Source: an uncultured Clostridia bacterium (GTDB taxonomy: Bacteria; Bacillota; Clostridia; Christensenellales; QALW01). Taken from it: 64,000 nt of DNA. The position numbers and the translations under genes were made by a program. Below, piece after piece: positions 28,137-37,538 of the stretch (position 1 is the stretch's first letter; each line of letters begins with the position of its first letter). The notes below the pieces were generated by a model, which did not search any database, was not told where the DNA came from, and worked only from the letters and a program-made list of their open reading frames with translations. Location: assembly GCA_958448705.1 (NCBI GenBank), contig CAUDEY010000009.1:3010-67009 (forward strand), given 5' to 3'.

Positions 28137-28341
28137 AGAAAGAGCAAAAATTAAATTGATGCTGAATTTCCGCGGCTTCCTCATTTTGCGGCTATTTGCC
28201 GGCATTTCTTGTTAAAGGACGCCGGGCAAGCGAATATATTTATGCATGGCCGTTTTTTTTGCAAGAAAGGCAGGGGAGCTTCTGTTTTATGGCATCCTGG
28301 GCATCCCTGCGGCTATTTTTTATGATAAGGAGTTTTGAGCG

Positions 28342-29757
28342 ATGAATAAAAAATGGGTGAGTCTTTTTTTAAGCGTTCTTGTATGCACCGGCTGTTCTGC
28401 GGCGCCGCCGGCTTCCTCTGATGATGCGCCGGCCTTTGATGTAACCGCGCCCTTTTCGCAAAGTGAAGAGCTGGTTCTGCCGGCCCTTTACGGCGAGGGT
28501 ATGGTCTTGCAGCGGGAACGCGTAAAAATCACGGGAAAATTAACGCAGAATACCGATATTGCGGTCATTTTGGATGAAAAGGTGTACTGGGGACGCTCTG
28601 AAAACGGAAGCTTTTGCATTGCGATTCCCGATGCTGTTCCCGGCGGACCGTACAGCCTGACGGTACGGACCCGGGATTTTGGAAAACGGTTTGAACAGGT
28701 CTATATAGGGGATGTATTCCTGCTGGGCGGTCAGTCGAATATGAGTATGACGCTGGGCAGCTGCGATAAAACGCTTCCGGTAAAATACATCAACGAGGAG
28801 ATTCACTTTTTTACCGTCGGCAAGCAGTTTGCCGATGCGCCGCAAACGACGGTTTCGGGAGCCTGGAAAAAAGGCAATGCTGCGGCCAATATGGATTTTT
28901 CAGCCATCGGCGTAATCTTTGCTGATGCCATGCAAAGGAGGGAAAACGTTCCCGTAGGGGCAGTTTGTGCTTCCCTGGGCGGAACGATGACCAGTACTTG
29001 GCTGCCGGAACAGGAGGCTGGAGAGATCGAGGATATTCCCTATATCAACCCTGAAAAATATGCTAATACCAGTGAACCGAGTAAATGCTATAACGGCATG
29101 ATTGCACCGCTGACGGATTACGGATTTAAGGGGGTGCTTTGGTATCAGGGAGAAAATCAATCAGAAAAGCATCAGGAACTGCTCACGGGCGTTATCAACG
29201 GCTGGCGGCGGGCTTTTGACGATGCTTCCCTGCCGTTTTTGATTTTTGAACTGCCCGGATATGAGGTAAAAGAGGATCCCACCCGTTGGGCACGGGTGCG
29301 GCAGGCACAGCAGCAAACAGCAGAAGCACTTGAAAATGTATGGCTTTGCTGTACCATTGATACCGGCGATCAAACAGATCTTCATCCTTTGGATAAGGAA
29401 ACGGTAGCTCTGCGCTGCACGCTTGTGGGCCGGAATGCTTTTTATGGGGAAAGCCTTTACACCGGGCCTGTGATTACCGATTGCACAAGAGAGAACGACA
29501 CGATTGTTTTAAGCGTTGCTTCCGAAGGCGGACTGACCGTTCAGGGGACGATGGAGGGATGTTTTGAAATTCGTACAAAGGGGGCAACCGCAGGTTTTGT
29601 TCCCGCCCGGGCGGTGATCGATGGCGATACGATTGTTGTTTCGGGAATCGAAGAACCGGTACAGGTACGCTATTGCTTTACAAGCTTTCCCCGCCCCGCG
29701 ATATTTGACGGCCGCGGCCTGCCCCTTGACCAGTATGTTTCTCCCGTGCTTGCCTGA
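28342..29757 (+). CDS. sialate O-acetylesterase-like (SASA/SGNH-type) carbohydrate esterase, probable lipoprotein
   Basis: Signal peptide ending LVCTGCSA. FLLGGQSNM catalytic-Ser block and WYQGE block, typical of the sialic-acid 9-O-acetylesterase family. Confidence 0.75.
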   Translation: MNKKWVSLFLSVLVCTGCSAAPPASSDDAPAFDVTAPFSQSEELVLPALYGEGMVLQRERVKITGKLTQNTDIAVILDEKVYWGRSENGSFCIAIPDAVPGGPYSLTVRTRDFGKRFEQVYIGDVFLLGGQSNMSMTLGSCDKTLPVKYINEEIHFFTVGKQFADAPQTTVSGAWKKGNAAANMDFSAIGVIFADAMQRRENVPVGAVCASLGGTMTSTWLPEQEAGEIEDIPYINPEKYANTSEPSKCYNGMIAPLTDYGFKGVLWYQGENQSEKHQELLTGVINGWRRAFDDASLPFLIFELPGYEVKEDPTRWARVRQAQQQTAEALENVWLCCTIDTGDQTDLHPLDKETVALRCTLVGRNAFYGESLYTGPVITDCTRENDTIVLSVASEGGLTVQGTMEGCFEIRTKGATAGFVPARAVIDGDTIVVSGIEEPVQVRYCFTSFPRPAIFDGRGLPLDQYVSPVLA

Positions 29758-29784
29758 TTTCGGAAGCAATACGGAAAATTCAAA

Positions 29785-29826
29785 CAGCAGCGGCGCAGCC
29801 GCTGCTGTCAGCGTTTGTGTTTTTTT
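29785..29826 (+). terminator. probable intrinsic terminator
   Basis: CAGCAGCGGC-gca-GCCGCTGCTG is a 10-bp stem. The T-run starts ~10 nt downstream. Confidence 0.5.
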
Positions 29827-29924
29827 GTTTGGCGCGGCGCAAATCTTCGCATGTATCTGCTGGGAGTTCTCTTTGCATGCGCGGCGTTGAAAACACCGGT
29901 TTTAGTGAATTTTTCGGATGCTTT

Positions 29925-30584
29925 TTACAATAGCGTCTGTCCGTTGATCTCTAGCCGGAAATTTAAGCCTAATTTTTCGGCAGCCTTACGGCAAAGGATC
30001 ATGCGGCCCAAAAAGATTTCAAAATAATCCATAATGCTGCTGTACTTTGTTTCAATTTTTAGGTATAAGGTGATCGTTGTTTTATCTTCGCTGATTTTCA
30101 GAGAGGACTCCCTTACCGAAAAGTTGACGCGGTCATGGATGTCAAAGGTAGCGATATCCGTATTGCGTACGCGGCTGCGGCGAACGTCGGATTTATCTGC
30201 CAGAATCAGAGCTGCAGAAACCTCGTCCACCGGAACCCCGGTGCCTTCGTCGTGATTTCCGATCGCCGTAATGACCGTAGCCACATCCTCGGCGTCCATG
30301 TCCATGTGGTCTAAAATCCGAAAGGCCATAACCGCGCCGCTTTGGGAGTGTTCCACCCGGTTGACCAGATTGCCGATATCGTGCAGGTAGCCGGCGATCT
30401 TGGCCAGCTCTACCTCGTGGGGAGGGTAATTGAGCTGGGAGAGGATTTCTCCTGCGCAGACGGCCACCTTGGTCACGTGGGCAAAGCTGTGTTCGGTATA
30501 GCCCAGCGCCTGCAAAGAACTATCTGCCTTTTGAATATAGGTCTTTACGGCTGCGTTATTTTTGATATCTTCAAAGCTTATCAT
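29925..30584 (-). CDS. HD-domain metal-dependent phosphohydrolase
   Basis: H...HD signature (HSFAHV, AGYLHDIGN, GNHDEG). CAGGAG RBS. The gene starts 13 nt after the response-regulator stop. Confidence 0.8.
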   Translation of the reverse strand: MISFEDIKNNAAVKTYIQKADSSLQALGYTEHSFAHVTKVAVCAGEILSQLNYPPHEVELAKIAGYLHDIGNLVNRVEHSQSGAVMAFRILDHMDMDAEDVATVITAIGNHDEGTGVPVDEVSAALILADKSDVRRSRVRNTDIATFDIHDRVNFSVRESSLKISEDKTTITLYLKIETKYSSIMDYFEIFLGRMILCRKAAEKLGLNFRLEINGQTLL

Positions 30585-30596
30585 AAAAAACTCCTG

Positions 30597-31268
30597 TCAG
30601 GGGCGGGGAATTTTATAGCCCACGCCGCGTACGGTTTCTATCAGGTTTCCCGCACTGCCTAATTTTTGACGCAGGGTGCGGATATGTACGTCCACGGTGC
30701 GGTTTTCACCGTCAAAGGAATATCCCCAAATACGGTTGAGCAGTTGGTCACGCGTCAGGACCAGGTTCTTTTTTTCTAAAAGCAGACATAAAAGCTCAAA
30801 TTCTTTTAACGTAAGCGCAATCTCCTGTCCGTCTACCTTCACCAAATGGGAAGAAGGGCACACATACAGCGGCCCTACGGTGTATTCCTGTGTGTTTGCC
30901 GCTTGGGTGCTCCGGCGCAGCAGGGCTTTGACGCGCGCGACCATTTCCATCATGCCAAAGGGCTTGGGAATGTAATCGTCGGCGCCTTTTTCAAAGCCTA
31001 AAACTTTATCGTATTCTGAACCCTTGGCCGTCAGCAGAATTACAGGCAGATTTTTATATCTGACATCGGTGCGCAGCTTTTCTAAAATAGAAAGGCCGTC
31101 TTCCTCGGGCAGCATGATGTCCAGCATCACCAGCTCCGGCGGCTGTTTTTTCAGTTCTGCCCAAAACAGGGAGGGAGTTTCAAAGCCCGCGGCCGGGATT
31201 CCTGTAGAGGAAAGCGTGTAGACCACCAGTTCCCGTATATTATTATCGTCCTCAACAATATAAACCAT
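30597..31268 (-). CDS. OmpR/PhoB-family response regulator (no cognate kinase adjacent)
   Basis: Receiver domain (VEDD...LDIMLPEEDG...LTAKG) plus a winged-helix output (LTLKEFELLCLL...VDVHIRTLRQKL...VRGVGYK). Confidence 0.9.
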   Translation of the reverse strand: MVYIVEDDNNIRELVVYTLSSTGIPAAGFETPSLFWAELKKQPPELVMLDIMLPEEDGLSILEKLRTDVRYKNLPVILLTAKGSEYDKVLGFEKGADDYIPKPFGMMEMVARVKALLRRSTQAANTQEYTVGPLYVCPSSHLVKVDGQEIALTLKEFELLCLLLEKKNLVLTRDQLLNRIWGYSFDGENRTVDVHIRTLRQKLGSAGNLIETVRGVGYKIPRP

Positions 31269-31279
31269 ACGTACTCCTG

Positions 31280-32479
31280 TTATTTTCCTGAAAGCATGGC
31301 GTTCTTCAGCAGTTTTAGTGCATCCATTCCGCTTATGATCTGCTCATCGGTAGGGGTGGAATAGTTTACGCGGAAGTTTTGGCAGGGTTTTTGCGGATCG
31401 GTCAAGAAAGCGCTGCCGGGAACTACCGCTACGCGGTATTCCCTGATAGCACGTGTGCAGAAATCCTGCATATCGATTTGGGGGGGAAGCGCGCACCATA
31501 AAAACAGTCCGCCGGTCACCCTGCTGCAGGTAATTTCAGGCATAAGGCATTCTTCGGCTTTTTTTCTGCACAGCGCGGCTTTTTCTTTGTAAAGCGCCCG
31601 CAGCCGTTTTAAATGGGCGGCAAAATCATAATCGGTCATAAAATGGTAGGCGATCATTTGGGCCAGAATGTTGGAATGTACGTCCTGGGTTTGCTTGATG
31701 GCAGTAAATTTAGCAATCAGCGGCTGGGGGGCGATGCAGAAGCCTACGCGCAGACCGGGGGAAAGAACCTTAGAAAACGATCCGGCATATAAAACGATGC
31801 CGTCAGTATCCATGCTTTTTATTGAGGGCAGGCTTTCTTCGGTAAAATAAAGATCGCCGTAGGGATTGTCCTCTAAGATGAGAAAGCCGTATTTTTTTGC
31901 CAGCGCATAGATTGCGCGGCGTTTTTTTAGGCTGGTGGTAATCCCGGTGGGATTTTGAAAATTGGGTATGATATATAACAGCTTTACGTTTTTATTGGTT
32001 TTTGCGGCTTCCTCCAGTGCGGCAAGATCCAGCCCGTCTTCCTGCATGGGGATGCCCGTCAGGCTGGCGCCGGAGAGCTTGAGGGCGTTGATCGAGCCTA
32101 CAAAGCTGGGCTCTTCGCAAAGGATGGTATCGCCCGCGCCGCAGAGCGCGGCTGCTGCCAGACTCATGACCTGCTGCGCGCCTGCGGTAATTAAAATATC
32201 GTCAAAGCCCTTGAAGGAATCATGATTTTGCTGCATGTACGCCTTCAGGGTCTCCCGCAGGGGGGTATAGCCTTCCGTGACCGAATACTGCAATGCTGCG
32301 ATGGGATCTTCTGCAAAAATTTTTTGGGTAATTTGCGCTACTTCCCGGGAGGGGAATGCCTCCGGCGAGGGGTTTCCCGCCGAAAACGGAATGATGCCCG
32401 GAGAGGCGCTCATTTTTAAAATTTCACGGATCGCCGAGGGCTTCAGCGCCCGGGCGTTTTCGGAAAAAGAATATTCCAT
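31280..32479 (-). CDS. PLP-dependent aminotransferase, class I/II (2-aminoadipate/aromatic-type subgroup)
   Basis: IPFSAGNPSPEAFP and IPNFQNPTG. The PLP Lys lies in GSFSKVLSPGLRVG. 399 aa. Confidence 0.8.
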   Translation of the reverse strand: MEYSFSENARALKPSAIREILKMSASPGIIPFSAGNPSPEAFPSREVAQITQKIFAEDPIAALQYSVTEGYTPLRETLKAYMQQNHDSFKGFDDILITAGAQQVMSLAAAALCGAGDTILCEEPSFVGSINALKLSGASLTGIPMQEDGLDLAALEEAAKTNKNVKLLYIIPNFQNPTGITTSLKKRRAIYALAKKYGFLILEDNPYGDLYFTEESLPSIKSMDTDGIVLYAGSFSKVLSPGLRVGFCIAPQPLIAKFTAIKQTQDVHSNILAQMIAYHFMTDYDFAAHLKRLRALYKEKAALCRKKAEECLMPEITCSRVTGGLFLWCALPPQIDMQDFCTRAIREYRVAVVPGSAFLTDPQKPCQNFRVNYSTPTDEQIISGMDALKLLKNAMLSGK

Positions 32480-32628
32480 AAAGAGCCTCCGTTTTAAAGA
32501 AATTTTTCTGCATTTATTTTATCACAAAATCCGGTAAAGCACAACGTCCCTTTTTTTGAAAGAAAAAGTGAGAGATTTTTTCTTCTGCACTGTTAAAGAG
32601 GCGAAAGGGAGAAAAGGAGAGAAGCAGA

Positions 32629-33183
32629 ATGGATTACGGTGCCAGTAGCTACCGCCGTTTCCTTGCAGGCGATGACAGCGGTCTTGCCGAAGTGATTCGG
32701 CTTTATAAGGATGGTTTGATGTTCTATATCAACGGCTATGTACACGATATCAGCACGGCCCAGGATTTGACGGAGGATGTATTTTTTAAGCTGGCGGTAA
32801 AAAAGCCGCACTTTCGGGAGGAAGCTCTGTTTAAAACATGGCTGTATACGATTGGCCGCAATTTGGCCTTAAACAGGCTGAAAAAGCTTTCGCGGCACAA
32901 GGAATGCAGTACGGAAGCGCTTGAGATTTCGTCCGAAGAGGAGCTTTTGGAACAGCGGTGCTTAAAAAATGAGCGCAACGCCTGTTTGTATCGGGCAATG
33001 GCGCAGCTGAAGCCGGAATACCGGGAAGTGCTGCATCTGCTGTTTTTTGAAGGCATGAAAAACGCAGAAGCCGCTAAGGTAATGAAAAAGAATACACGGC
33101 AGATCGAAAACCTCGCCTATAGAGCAAAGCGCTCCTTGCGATCCCGTTTAGAAAAGGAGGATTTTGATGTTGAAGGATTGTAA
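32629..33183 (+). CDS. ECF-type RNA polymerase sigma-70 family factor
   Basis: Region 2 (DLTEDVFFKL...FKTWLYTIGRNLALNRLKK) and region 4 (EYREVLHLLFFEGMKNAEAAKVM). Confidence 0.85.
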   Translation: MDYGASSYRRFLAGDDSGLAEVIRLYKDGLMFYINGYVHDISTAQDLTEDVFFKLAVKKPHFREEALFKTWLYTIGRNLALNRLKKLSRHKECSTEALEISSEEELLEQRCLKNERNACLYRAMAQLKPEYREVLHLLFFEGMKNAEAAKVMKKNTRQIENLAYRAKRSLRSRLEKEDFDVEGL

Positions 33184-33886
33184 TGAAATGACCCGCGATG
33201 TTTTGGCCCGTCGGGACGCTTACCAGAAAAAGAGAAGCCGCCGGCTGCGGATTGCCGCCGGTACTGCAGCGGGAATCCTGCTCTGTTGTGCGGCAGTATT
33301 TGCTTTTGCCCCGGGAAAGCAGGCGCCGGGAGAAAAGGCGATAGACGGCGGAACAATAGTTTCCGCTCCTGCGCCGGAACAGACGGCGCCGGGATATGCA
33401 TTTTCCCTTTTTGTCAATGAGATAGATAAAAATACGGCCGGTGCGCTGCGGGCAGACGTTGATATTCAGGTTGTCTCTCTGCCGGAGACGGAAACAATTC
33501 CCCAGCTGCAGTTTTTAAAAGAGCTGGAACTGCCGGAAACGCTGCGTGAGGGAACTGTGTATGCCGTTTATGTACGGTCTGAGCGGGATATCCCTGAATA
33601 TGATTGCCTGTATGAATACCGCTGTCAGTTTTCTGACCCGAATTCGGAAAAAGAATTGAACGTGGCGTTTTCTTCCCGGGGAAAGCCGATTCGAGATTAT
33701 CTCTTTGATGAAGAAGGCGCCAGGGTTTCTCGTATTAACGGCGTGGAAATGACGGTCTTTCGGTATGAAGATACATTGTACACCGAATTTACCGCCGGCG
33801 GATTGTTTTTTGATTTGGAAGCCCATGGCCTTTCCGAACAGGAATTTGCGCTTTGCATAGCGGAGATCCTTCAGCAGTGTTGCTGA
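33167..33886 (+). CDS. putative anti-sigma factor / single-pass membrane protein
   Basis: It overlaps the sigma gene's 3' end. ATG at 33167 lies 6 nt after AGGAGG. There is one TM segment (IAAGTAAGILLCCAAVFAF). Position downstream of the ECF sigma gene is the main argument. Confidence 0.5.
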   Translation: MLKDCNEMTRDVLARRDAYQKKRSRRLRIAAGTAAGILLCCAAVFAFAPGKQAPGEKAIDGGTIVSAPAPEQTAPGYAFSLFVNEIDKNTAGALRADVDIQVVSLPETETIPQLQFLKELELPETLREGTVYAVYVRSERDIPEYDCLYEYRCQFSDPNSEKELNVAFSSRGKPIRDYLFDEEGARVSRINGVEMTVFRYEDTLYTEFTAGGLFFDLEAHGLSEQEFALCIAEILQQCC

Positions 33887-33940
33887 CGAGGAAAAAACAA
33901 GTGCAGTACTTGCCCAGGAGTCTTTTACCGCTTTTTCCCG

Positions 33941-33961
33941 GCTTCCCCGTCAGAAGAGGCC
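33941..33961 (+). repeat. solo degenerate hairpin of the palindromic repeat family
   Basis: GCTTCCCCGTCAGAAGAGGCC compared with the family core GCTCCCTCGTCAGAGGGAGCC. Confidence 0.45.
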
Positions 33962-34334
33962 GCGGCTGCAATGCAAAGGTATATGCTTTTTTTATTAGAG
34001 TAACCTTAGAAAAGCGGGTTTTTTAATGAACCTTTACTGCTGAAAGCTGTTGCTGTATCAAAGGAAATCGGAAAAACAGCGTATTTTCCGATTGAAAAAC
34101 AGAAGGAGATTTTTCATGCTTTGCGCCGGAGAAACACCGGCGCTTTTTTTACAGAATACCCCTGCGGCAATCTTTGAGCGCATCGGTTCATGCAATTTAG
34201 TACAAAGGTGCAATATAGTTTTATTGATCTTTTTTTGCGGCCGTTATATTCTAATATAGTGTTATCGTGTTTCGAGTATCCTGTTTCTCCGATGGTTTGC
34301 TCTTATATTCAGGATGTATAAAGGAGTGTTTTTT

Positions 34335-36317
34335 ATGCTGCATACAAACAAGCCCCCGTATTTGGGCGCCGCCTATTACCCCGAACTTTGGCCTGCCGGG
34401 CAGGTGGACCAGGATATCCGGCAGATGAAGGAGGCCGGCTGCAATTTAATGCGTATTGCCGAGTTTGCCTGGATTACGATGGAACCCCGGGAGGGAATTT
34501 TTGAGTTTGCCTGGCTCCAAAACGTACTGGATAAGCTGCACGCGGCGGATATTGCGGTAATTCTCTGCACGCCTACGGCTACACCGCCCCAGTGGCTGAC
34601 GACCAAGTACCCCGAAACGCTGCTGATGTATGAGGACGGCTCCCGCAAGGTGCACGGCAGCCGCCGGCATAACTGCCCGAACAGCCCGGTTATGCGGGAG
34701 AAAAACCGCATCATCGTTACGGAGCTGGCAAAGCGCTTTGGAAAGCACCCGGCAGTTGTCGGCTGGCAGATTGATAATGAAGTATACCCTTATACCGCTT
34801 GCTGGTGCCCGGTTTGCCGGGAGGGCTTTCGGCAGTATTTAAAAAAGCGCTACGGAACGATTGAAGCTTTTAATACTGCGCTGGATCTGGACCGCTGGAG
34901 CATCCGCTATGATTCCTTTGCCGATGTAGAGCCGCCGCGGGAGTGGGCACACCCCACGATTAAAGCGCTGTGGTTTGACTTTCAGTGCGACAGCTGGATC
35001 GATTTTATCCATGAACAGGCGGCTGTTCTGCGGCAGTATTCCTCCGCGCCCATCGGCACGGATACGATGCCGTTTATGGGTCATAACTACCCCAAGCTGA
35101 TGGAAAAGCTGGATGTGGTGCAGTTTAACCATTATAATAATTTTGATACGCCGGAATGCTGTTTAGCTAAAACACCGCTGTGGTTTCATTATCTGCGCAC
35201 GCTGAAGCCGGGCGTACCCTTTTGGAACACCGAAACCCAGGCCAACTGGAACGGCTCTACCTATAACCCGCTGGGCGTGCGGGAAGAAGGCTTCTGCCGC
35301 GTAAACTCCTGGCTGCCCTTTGTTTTCGGCGGGGAAATGAACCTCTACTGGCACTGGCGGGCGCACCCGGCGGGGCATGAGATTGTGCATGGCTCGGTGG
35401 TGTCGGCCTGCGGACGTTTTTTGTATTCGATTGGCGAAATTCAGCGTACCAGCCGGGAACTGGAGCTGGCTGCTGATTTTGTTGCGGCTACAAAGCCCGT
35501 GGCGCAAGCGGCATTGCACTGCAGTTACAGCGCCTGGCTTGCTTTTAAAGAAATTCCTTATTATGCTGCGGTTTTAAGCGAACATACGTATTTAACGGAT
35601 TTAAGCCGCTGCCTGCATGATCCGCTGGTATTTTCCCATCATATTCCGCTGGATGTGATCAGCCAAAAGGCGCCGCTTGCCGGGTATAAGGTGTTGTTTT
35701 CACCCCTGCTGCCGGTTGTGGAGGATATAGGCGCCATTACGGAATTTGTGCTTAGCGGCGGCGTTTGGGTGGTAGGCCCGGCCAGTGACTTTTTAAACGA
35801 AAACCTGCGCCGCAGCACGACGGACGTATTTTATCATTTGGAAAAATTGACGGATACTTACTGTAAATATCAGCTGCCAAACGATAATATTGCCTATGAT
35901 ATCACCTTTGCCGACGGCCAAAAATGCGAGGGCAGCCTTTGCTATGACGGCTTTGTTGCGGGTGAGGGGCAGACGCTGGCCGTATATCAGAACGGGCCGC
36001 TGAAGGGGTTGGCCGCCATCACCAAAACAAAGGTGGGCAAGGGTACGGTCATTGTTTTGGGTACGATGCCGCGCGGCGCGTCGCTTGCCCGGCTGCTGCA
36101 GGAACTGCCGCTTTGCCCCTGCGTAGATGCTTCGGATAATCTGGTTGCGGTTCCGCGCGAGGGAGGCGGACGGCGCGGAGTGATCGTTGCCGAGATTTTT
36201 AACCGGCCGGGCCGTCTGTTTTTGGAAAAACCATATAGGGAAATTCTTACCAATAAGCGCCTTCAGGGGGAGATTTCCGTAGCAGCCGCGGATGTGCTGG
36301 TTTTGGAGGAAGAATAA
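34335..36317 (+). CDS. beta-galactosidase, glycoside hydrolase family 42
   Basis: YYPELWP...MKEAGCNLMRIAEFAW..MEPREG.F.F.WL is the GH42 N-terminus, and WQIDNE is the acid/base region. ATG at 34335 lies 8 nt after AAGGAG. Confidence 0.88.
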   Translation: MLHTNKPPYLGAAYYPELWPAGQVDQDIRQMKEAGCNLMRIAEFAWITMEPREGIFEFAWLQNVLDKLHAADIAVILCTPTATPPQWLTTKYPETLLMYEDGSRKVHGSRRHNCPNSPVMREKNRIIVTELAKRFGKHPAVVGWQIDNEVYPYTACWCPVCREGFRQYLKKRYGTIEAFNTALDLDRWSIRYDSFADVEPPREWAHPTIKALWFDFQCDSWIDFIHEQAAVLRQYSSAPIGTDTMPFMGHNYPKLMEKLDVVQFNHYNNFDTPECCLAKTPLWFHYLRTLKPGVPFWNTETQANWNGSTYNPLGVREEGFCRVNSWLPFVFGGEMNLYWHWRAHPAGHEIVHGSVVSACGRFLYSIGEIQRTSRELELAADFVAATKPVAQAALHCSYSAWLAFKEIPYYAAVLSEHTYLTDLSRCLHDPLVFSHHIPLDVISQKAPLAGYKVLFSPLLPVVEDIGAITEFVLSGGVWVVGPASDFLNENLRRSTTDVFYHLEKLTDTYCKYQLPNDNIAYDITFADGQKCEGSLCYDGFVAGEGQTLAVYQNGPLKGLAAITKTKVGKGTVIVLGTMPRGASLARLLQELPLCPCVDASDNLVAVPREGGGRRGVIVAEIFNRPGRLFLEKPYREILTNKRLQGEISVAAADVLVLEEE

Positions 36318-36407
36318 ATTTTTGAAAATTACTTGATATTTTCCCGAAGACATGATATCATATAGACAGTATTATTCTGTATATGATTTTACAGGGGGTA
36401 TCGATAT

Positions 36408-37433
36408 ATGGCTTCTCAAGCAAAATATGCACGAAGAAGGAGAAACGCGTTTCTTGCGGCAATTGCATTGGCGCTGTTGTTTATTATTGTAGTTATTTTG
36501 ATCATTGTGGGGATTTCCAAGCGCAGCGGAGGAAACTCAGGAGATGCGAATGTTCCGGTGGTTACCACTCCCGGCACGCTGCCCACGCCTGACGGAACTG
36601 GTCTTGTGCCCGATATCACGCCTAGTGACGATCCTAATAACACCACCGGCCCATCGCCCTCTTCAACGGCGGCCGGTACACGCATGTATATTACCGGTGA
36701 CGGTGTCAATGTACGGAAGGAGGCATCTACTTCTTCGGAAAAGATTACTACCTTGGCCAAGGGTACGGCGGTTACGGCTTATGAACTTTCCGGTGATTTT
36801 TATCAGGTAAAGCTTTCAAGCGGTGATATTGGCTATGTTTCCAAAAACTATCTTTCCACTACCAGTCCGGCGAATGATCCTACACCGTCTGCTTCACCCA
36901 CGGCAACGCCCAATACTTCTAACGGAAAGACAATGTATGTGACCGGGGATTCCGTGAATGTGCGCAGTACGCCTTCTTCCAGCGGCAGCAAGCTGACCAG
37001 CCTGAAGAAGGGCGCGCAGGTAACGGCGTATGAAAATAAAAACGGATGGTATTATATTCAGTATCAAAGCGGTAAGTACGGATATATCAGCGCTTCGTAT
37101 TTGACTGCCGATGCGCCGAGTACGGCGACACCTACGCCGACGCCGACGCCGACACCCACAAAACCGCCTACACCTTCCAGCTGGTTGGATATCGGCTTGC
37201 CTCAGGAGGTCATTGCAAACTTTGGCACCTCGGTAAGTACGCAGGCTGCGTATTTGGCTCAAACCAAGGTCGGCCAGACGGTTTCTCCCCAGACGATTAA
37301 TGCCTATACGTATTACAGAATAGAGAAAAATGACGGTTCTTCGTATTACATTGCTATCGAGGCGGGAAATTCGGATGCAAAAGCGTATATTTATACATCA
37401 CTGGATCATATTCCGGGCAGCCCGGTAACCTGA
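36408..37433 (+). CDS. membrane-anchored protein with two bacterial SH3 domains
   Basis: N-terminal TM segment. Two repeats of the MY(I/V)TGD.VNVR....S....T.L.KG..VTAYE....(F/W)Y.....G..GY(V/I)S..YL pattern, separated by Pro/Thr linkers. Confidence 0.75.
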   Translation: MASQAKYARRRRNAFLAAIALALLFIIVVILIIVGISKRSGGNSGDANVPVVTTPGTLPTPDGTGLVPDITPSDDPNNTTGPSPSSTAAGTRMYITGDGVNVRKEASTSSEKITTLAKGTAVTAYELSGDFYQVKLSSGDIGYVSKNYLSTTSPANDPTPSASPTATPNTSNGKTMYVTGDSVNVRSTPSSSGSKLTSLKKGAQVTAYENKNGWYYIQYQSGKYGYISASYLTADAPSTATPTPTPTPTPTKPPTPSSWLDIGLPQEVIANFGTSVSTQAAYLAQTKVGQTVSPQTINAYTYYRIEKNDGSSYYIAIEAGNSDAKAYIYTSLDHIPGSPVT

Positions 37434-37446
37434 GAAAAACAGAAGA

Positions 37447-37479
37447 AAAGAGCGCTGTTTGATACCGCGCTCTTTTTTT
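37447..37479 (+). terminator. intrinsic terminator
   Basis: AAAGAGCGC-11 nt-GCGCTCTTT followed by a T-run. Confidence 0.8.
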
Positions 37480-37538
37480 AAAATAGGGGGTCCTGTATTT
37501 TGAGGGATCCGATCGGGATAGAAAAAAAGGAGGCACGT

